From Pseudonocardia sp. (GTDB lineage: Bacteria; Actinomycetota; Actinomycetes; Mycobacteriales; Pseudonocardiaceae), in assembly GCA_050701055.1 (NCBI GenBank), contig JBOHEO010000003.1, positions 806 to 64,805 of the forward strand: a DNA stretch of 64,000 nucleotides, written 5' to 3'. This document shows positions 59,571 to 64,000 of the stretch, in pieces. The notes beneath the pieces are model-generated. The model saw nothing but the letters and a program-made list of their open reading frames with translations, made no database searches and was not told the DNA's origin. A program made the translations under genes and the position numbers. The stretch's first letter is position 1, and each line of letters opens with the position of its first letter.

Positions 59571-60254
59571 CTGACGTATCGCTCGAAGATTTGAGCATTA
59601 CCACGTCCAGCGCCTCCCTCAGCACTCCAGCCGCTTCAAGCAACCGGCAATACGCAAATGCGCTATGGCTGTTATGCACCTCCACGTAGTCGTACATCGG
59701 ATCCATCTCTAACCGCCAATCATTAACCTCCCGGGTATAACCTGGTTGCGGCCAAGCCTTTGCTGCTCTTGCTCTGTCCACCCGCAGGTACACAGGCCCG
59801 TCCCCATAACCTCCCGGTGGATATACAATCCGCATGCAGCATCATCCTTCTTGGGTCAGACATCATCATCGCCGGTATCTCCTACGTTTCTTCAAATACT
59901 GCCGTCGCATCGGCCCCTGCGGATAAAGCTCAACCCACAACCGCCGACCCACCTCCGGCCGATGCCTCCCCCCGGTACCGTCGTCGCCTGAACCAAGCCC
60001 GAACCCGTGCCATCATCCGCGGCGGTCTTCTGTCGTCGCCCCAAGGAGCGGCACCCCCCGGGGGGACGATCCCGCCGCACCGCTGCGGGGGTCTCGGCGC
60101 GGCGTCCCCGTCAGAGATCCGAACCCCGGGTACCTGAACGCAAGCGAAGTCGGTGGATGCGGAGATGGTGGGCACACGCCACCCTACAGCCGATCAGGAA
60201 ACGAGGTGCACCCCATGGGACGTGAACCCGAGCACCTGACGACACTGGACGGCG

Positions 60255-60406
60255 TCCACGGAATTGATGGACTCGACCGGTGGCCGGGAATCGGGGCACC
60301 GGCCACCGGTCGAGAGACTTCGTCGGGCGGGGCACGCGGCGTTCCGCGCCGTGCCCGCCGGATTTCATCCGCGCGTAACGCGATAGCGACCATCGTGCAC
60401 GGCCAC
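60255..60406. repeat. About 150-bp direct repeat copy B
   Basis: Identical hairpin at 60272-60314, offset 1064 bp from copy A. Confidence 0.9.
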
Positions 60407-60556
60407 CACGTCGATCGGTCGTCATTTTGCATTCCTCTCGCGGTGTGTTGCTCGGGTCGGTGTTCCTGAATCACGCGGCGTCGGTCGGTCGGTACGAGTT
60501 AAGCGGACCGCAACGTGGATCGCTGTGACGAGCTGCTCGCGGTCGCTCGTGGTCAT
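60330..60556 (-). pseudogene. Frameshifted WPC-family paralog
   Basis: MTTSDREQLVTAIHVAVRL / RVIQEHRP...TWWPCTMVAIALRADEIRR, compared with TWWPCAMATIAIRAEQI at 1876-2109. Confidence 0.6.
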
Positions 60557-60560
60557 GGCG

Positions 60561-60869
60561 CTACCATCCACACGTGCGCGCGTTCGCGTCCCGCGCAAGG
60601 CGCGTGAGCATGAGGTCTCGCAGAATCGGGTGATGTGCGAGATGGCCCAGAGAAGGCATGACCACGTGGTGCGCTTGTGCCCGCTGGAGCTCTCGAGTCA
60701 GCTCGTCAAAGACACCGTGATAGCCGGACTGGTACTCATGAAAGGTCATGGCGAAGCAGAAGCCTTTCGTCTCGGCGAGCAGGTGAAGGCCACGCTCCAT
60801 CCGGCGTATCGCGTGGTCGTCGAGATCATCCGTGACTCGCAGGTAGCCGTAGATCAAGGGCTTGCTCAC
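60561..60869 (-). CDS. Small serine-resolvase-like protein lacking catalytic residues
   Basis: IYGYLRVT (for YxRVS), GFCFAMTFHE, FDELTREL, HVVMPSLGHLA (for xxDRLxR). No DNA-binding domain. Confidence 0.65.
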   Translation of the reverse strand: MSKPLIYGYLRVTDDLDDHAIRRMERGLHLLAETKGFCFAMTFHEYQSGYHGVFDELTRELQRAQAHHVVMPSLGHLAHHPILRDLMLTRLARDANARTCGW

Positions 60870-61094
60870 ACCGGCTCTTCCGGTTGGAAGGTCAGACTGG
60901 CGACAGGTGAAGGGGGAGACCATCGTCGCCGGTCTGACCAGCTCACGGCGGTACTTGACGGGCGGTACTTGCAGCACAGCGAGGTGGTGCGATCACCGAC
61001 TCGATGTGGATCTTGGTGGGATCGTCGAAGAGCGCCGCGCAGACTCGGCCGCGCGGGCACCACGAACAGGATTGGCCCAGCGGGTCGGGTAGGT

Positions 61095-61201
61095 GCATGC
61101 CTTTCGGCGAGGTGGGCGATGGAGCAGGGCCAGCGGACGCTGCACCCACACTGATGGTCACCGGTGGCGGTGGGAGTGGCGGTAAGCCGAACAGTGGCCA
61201 C
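61095..61201 (-). pseudogene. Further WPC-motif fragment
   Basis: TPTATGDHQCGCSVRWPCSIAHLAERH. Confidence 0.45.
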
Positions 61202-61254
61202 CTGGACTTTGATTGCACCTTTGACATTACGACGCTCCCCGCTGTCGCTCTATG

Positions 61255-61306
61255 CTTGTCGGCTAAGCCGATGCAAGCATGGATTAGCCGCAGCTTGGCC
61301 GACAAG
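61255..61306. repeat. 14-bp inverted repeat (13/14 match) in an AT-richer intergenic region
   Basis: CTTGTCGGCTAAGC ... GCTTGGCCGACAAG. Confidence 0.6.
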
Positions 61307-61459
61307 ACACACTCGGGGGCACACTTGAACAGTGGGGTGCCTGAATATTGCTACCGGCTGTTAGAGCTCTCGCCTGTCGGCAGGTGTCATCGACATTTCG
61401 TATTGATCTTGCATTGCGATGGTCCGTGCGCGTACGGGTAACTTGGTGTCTTTCGAGTC

Positions 61460-61645
61460 TTACTGCCCGCGATTCTCGAGCTCTCGAAGCTGGCGGCGTA
61501 GCCCTTCTACGTCCCATCGCATGTGCCCTCCTGGCGTCCTCAGGTCCGGAGTGATCCGTCCCTCGGAGGCCCAGCGGGCAATGCTCCGGGCGCTGATTCC
61601 CAGGACTTTCGCGGCTTCTGAAGTATGCACGAGCTCGTCCGACAC
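61460..61645 (-). CDS. BldC/excisionase-like MerR-type HTH protein
   Basis: VHTSEAAKVLGISARSIARWASEGRITPDLRTPGGHMRWD. Confidence 0.88.
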   Translation of the reverse strand: MSDELVHTSEAAKVLGISARSIARWASEGRITPDLRTPGGHMRWDVEGLRRQLRELENRGQ

Positions 61646-61660
61646 GTGCTCAAGTATCCG

Positions 61661-61724
61661 GGCTCGACAGGCTAGTTTGTGACGTTCAGGCTTGCTTGGC
61701 TTGAATGTCTCGATTGGCTGGCTC
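61661..61724. promoter_or_regulatory. 9-bp-periodic GGCT direct repeats upstream of the BldC-like gene
   Basis: GGCT at 61661, 61670, 61689, 61698 and 61716; GTCT at 61707. Confidence 0.5.
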
Positions 61725-61875
61725 GACGGAGTGATGGTCCGATCCGGTCTCCGATGTTCTGACAGCAAGCCTGAAGGTCCAGGCGAGTGGCGGTACGCCT
61801 CGCTCTTCGATTCGGCTAGCGGCCTTGGTCGCTAGATCTAAGAATGGCTATCGACTCGACTGGTAGGGTCGAGCC

Positions 61876-62760
61876 GTGGAACTCACCGAAGGTACAGCTC
61901 GCCAATCTCTGATCGAGGCGTGCAGGCGGGTTGGCATTGACGCTAACTCCGTCGAGCTGATTAGGATAGGCTCTAACGCAGTGTTTCGGACCGGTTCTGA
62001 TGTGGTTGGTCGGGTTGCTGTTGCCGCCGGTTCGTTGGAGAATGCGGCAAGGCAGGTGGCGGTTGCTCGATGGCTTGAGTCTGTAGGGTATCCGGCAAAT
62101 CGTGCTCTTTCGGTTAGTCAGCCTGTCGAACTCGATGGCATGGTTGTCACGTTCTGGCAATCTGTCTCAGATGACACGGTTTATGCTCCGATAGCTGAGG
62201 TGGCCTCAGTCATCAAGAGCCTGCACAGCCTCGATGCTCCGCTCGATATCGAACTTCCGGACCTACAGCCGTTTGGAGCGGAGCCTGATCCGCTCCCGGA
62301 TTTTCCTGGTGTCGGCGAAGATGACGCACGCTTCCTTTGTTCACGAATCGAGTGGGCTCGCGAAGAGTTCCCGAGGTTGCCGTTCGCGCTTCCATTCGGT
62401 GTCATCCATGGAGACGCAAACGTCGGGAACGTTCTCAGCGACAAGGAAGGCCGGCCCGTCGTCATCGACCTGGACAGCTTCGCAGTCGGGCCGCGGGAGT
62501 GGGATCTGATTCAGACTGCACTCTTCTACGATCGGATTGGTTGGCACACTCTCGAAGAGTACCGAACGTTCGTCGACGTGTACAGCTACGACATCATGGA
62601 GTGGTCGGGTTACTCGGATCTTGCGGACATGCGCGAGATCGCGATGACGTCGTGGTTGAGTCAGAAAGCGGAATCGTCAAGTTCGACTGTCGCCGAAGCG
62701 AAGAAGCGAATCGACGCAATCCGCACGGGTACAAGTCGCCGTAATTGGGGTGCTCACTAG
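61876..62760 (+). CDS. Aminoglycoside phosphotransferase/choline kinase-like protein
   Basis: LIRIGSNAVFR, VTFW, Brenner motif IHGDANVGN, VIDLDSF, GPREWDL. Confidence 0.92.
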   Translation: MELTEGTARQSLIEACRRVGIDANSVELIRIGSNAVFRTGSDVVGRVAVAAGSLENAARQVAVARWLESVGYPANRALSVSQPVELDGMVVTFWQSVSDDTVYAPIAEVASVIKSLHSLDAPLDIELPDLQPFGAEPDPLPDFPGVGEDDARFLCSRIEWAREEFPRLPFALPFGVIHGDANVGNVLSDKEGRPVVIDLDSFAVGPREWDLIQTALFYDRIGWHTLEEYRTFVDVYSYDIMEWSGYSDLADMREIAMTSWLSQKAESSSSTVAEAKKRIDAIRTGTSRRNWGAH

Positions 62761-64000
62761 TTCTTGCTCGGAATCCACAAGCGCGACTCGCTCACGCGAG
62801 ACACGAGTTGCCGCGCCTCGCTGCTTTTCTGGTGACGTGCAAGGCGTTGCTGGAACTCCTCGACGTAACTGCGGCATCGCACCGAGTCCAGGCTCTCGTC
62901 GACGATGAGCACCTTCTCGGCAATTCGGCAACCTTCGTCCAGGTCTCCTCGGTCGAGATGGGCATCTGCCAGTACCATTGCAACGAAAAAGTCGCTACGA
63001 GCGTAATCACCTGAAGCCGATTCGAGTGCTTGCGTTGCGTGGTGGATGGCCTGCTCGGACCTGCCCAGATCACGGTGGCAGTGGCCTAGCTCAGCCGACA
63101 GTTCGGCCGCGTCGAAATAGCCTATCCACTCGGGGCCGTCACCTGTGACGTGCTGTTCGAAGTTCTCGATTGCGGAACCCATCGCGCGATCGCACTCTTC
63201 GGCGTCGCCGGTGCTGGCCAGCGCGCGCCTCCATGATATGAAAGTGCGCGGTGAGTATCGGCGTCGCGCCGGACTGCGTCCCAAGTCTTGCGGCTCGCGC
63301 CATGTTGGCCGCGTCGCGATATCGGTGGAGAAAACTTGCTTGATGGCTCATCGCGTCAAGGATGGTAGCCGCAAGTAGTCGGTCGTCGGCCGCATCGGCG
63401 AGTCCGAGTGCCTGTGTAAAATACCGTTGCGCGAGGCCATGAAGTCCGGCATCGTAGGTCATCCACGCGGCAAGCTGAGTGAGTTCGCCGGCGGCCGAGA
63501 ACAGGTCTTGTCGTACTGCGGAGGTTCCTTGTGCTTGAAGCAGGCGTGGTAGCTCGCTTCGGAGATATTGGATGAGAGCGTTCCGGGCGTGCGCCCCGCC
63601 GAATGTGCTGTCAAGCCGATCGAAGGTCTGCCGCATGGTGCGCAGTCGGGCGACATCCGATGCGCCGATCTTCGTAAGTCCGGAGCCGTCTGCCAGGGGT
63701 CGTTGCGCTCCGACAAGCCAGGCGACTGATGCGTCATTCTAGGCTGAGACGTTCACACCTGACTCGCTTACGGCTGCACTACCCGAGAGGTCGGCTTCGA
63801 GTAGCTCGGCAACGTCGGTGATCCCGTCCTCGGGACGGTCCGGATAGGCGAGTCCGACGTCGGGTGAGATTCTGCTCTCGACACGGAAGCCGAGTTCGTC
63901 CGATGCGACGAGACGGCCGAGCCGACTCCCAAGCGCCTCGCGGATGGCATCGCGTGTATCATTGTCCCGCGGGGTAACTCCGTTCAACCACCGGCCGACG
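62757..64000 (-). pseudogene. NsdA-like HTH/TPR regulator with a nonsense codon and a frameshift; 5' end outside the window
   Basis: WLNGVTPR, LDSTFGGAHAR, LAAWMTYDAG, WIGYFDAAEL. In-frame TAG at 63739-63741 and a frameshift in the GCGCGCGC run near 63220-63230. Confidence 0.8.

Noticed and set aside
59191..60406. Diversity-generating retroelement TR/VR pair
   Set aside because: No reverse transcriptase in the window; differences are not confined to adenines and include indels.
61876..62760. Aminoglycoside resistance gene
   Set aside because: The APH fold alone does not imply resistance; its context is the regulator-linked kinase class.
1..64000. CRISPR array, rRNA or tRNA genes
   Set aside because: No repeat-spacer periodicity, cas genes, rRNA-like tract or cloverleaf was recognised by eye.

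Overview
High-GC actinobacterial chromosome window; gene content and REP-like palindromes suggest Pseudonocardiaceae, which is an inference. Two conserved housekeeping blocks are present. Block A (about 4.9-26.9 kb): nasA-narK, moeZ, TetR, an AurF/SDR/hydrolase/TetR/DUF4873 cluster, vapBC, DUF3107, a DEAD-box helicase, PHP and NUDIX. Block B (about 32-56 kb): dapE, two LOG genes, folP2, gpgS, tag, glgA/glgC, sigE-rseA-htrA-tatB, mrp, an mgtE-like gene, a CitE-like lyase and corA. Three accessory, partly decayed regions (1-3.5 kb, 27-32 kb, 56.3-64 kb) each carry an HTH/helical-repeat (TPR-like) regulator next to a small enzyme gene (HFCD flavoprotein or APH-like kinase) and small Cys/His proteins. 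At both ends these include a 'WPC' paralog family, three copies of which are followed by a positionally conserved long hairpin. Best candidates for new biology: (i) this recurrent regulator/enzyme/microprotein module; (ii) an unannotated Pro-rich leader peptide with competing anti-SD stems upstream of corA; (iii) a DEAD-box helicase that must start at a non-canonical codon, probably CTG; (iv) a strand-biased, G-depleted 360-bp patch between two duplicated modules. Also seen: a dead AICE with a four-family IS mosaic, two decayed ABC-ATPase/TOPRIM-like pairs, broken ethylmalonyl-CoA pathway genes and a probable inversion of block B. No rRNA, tRNA or CRISPR array was recognised. All family calls come from motif recognition by eye, not from database searches.
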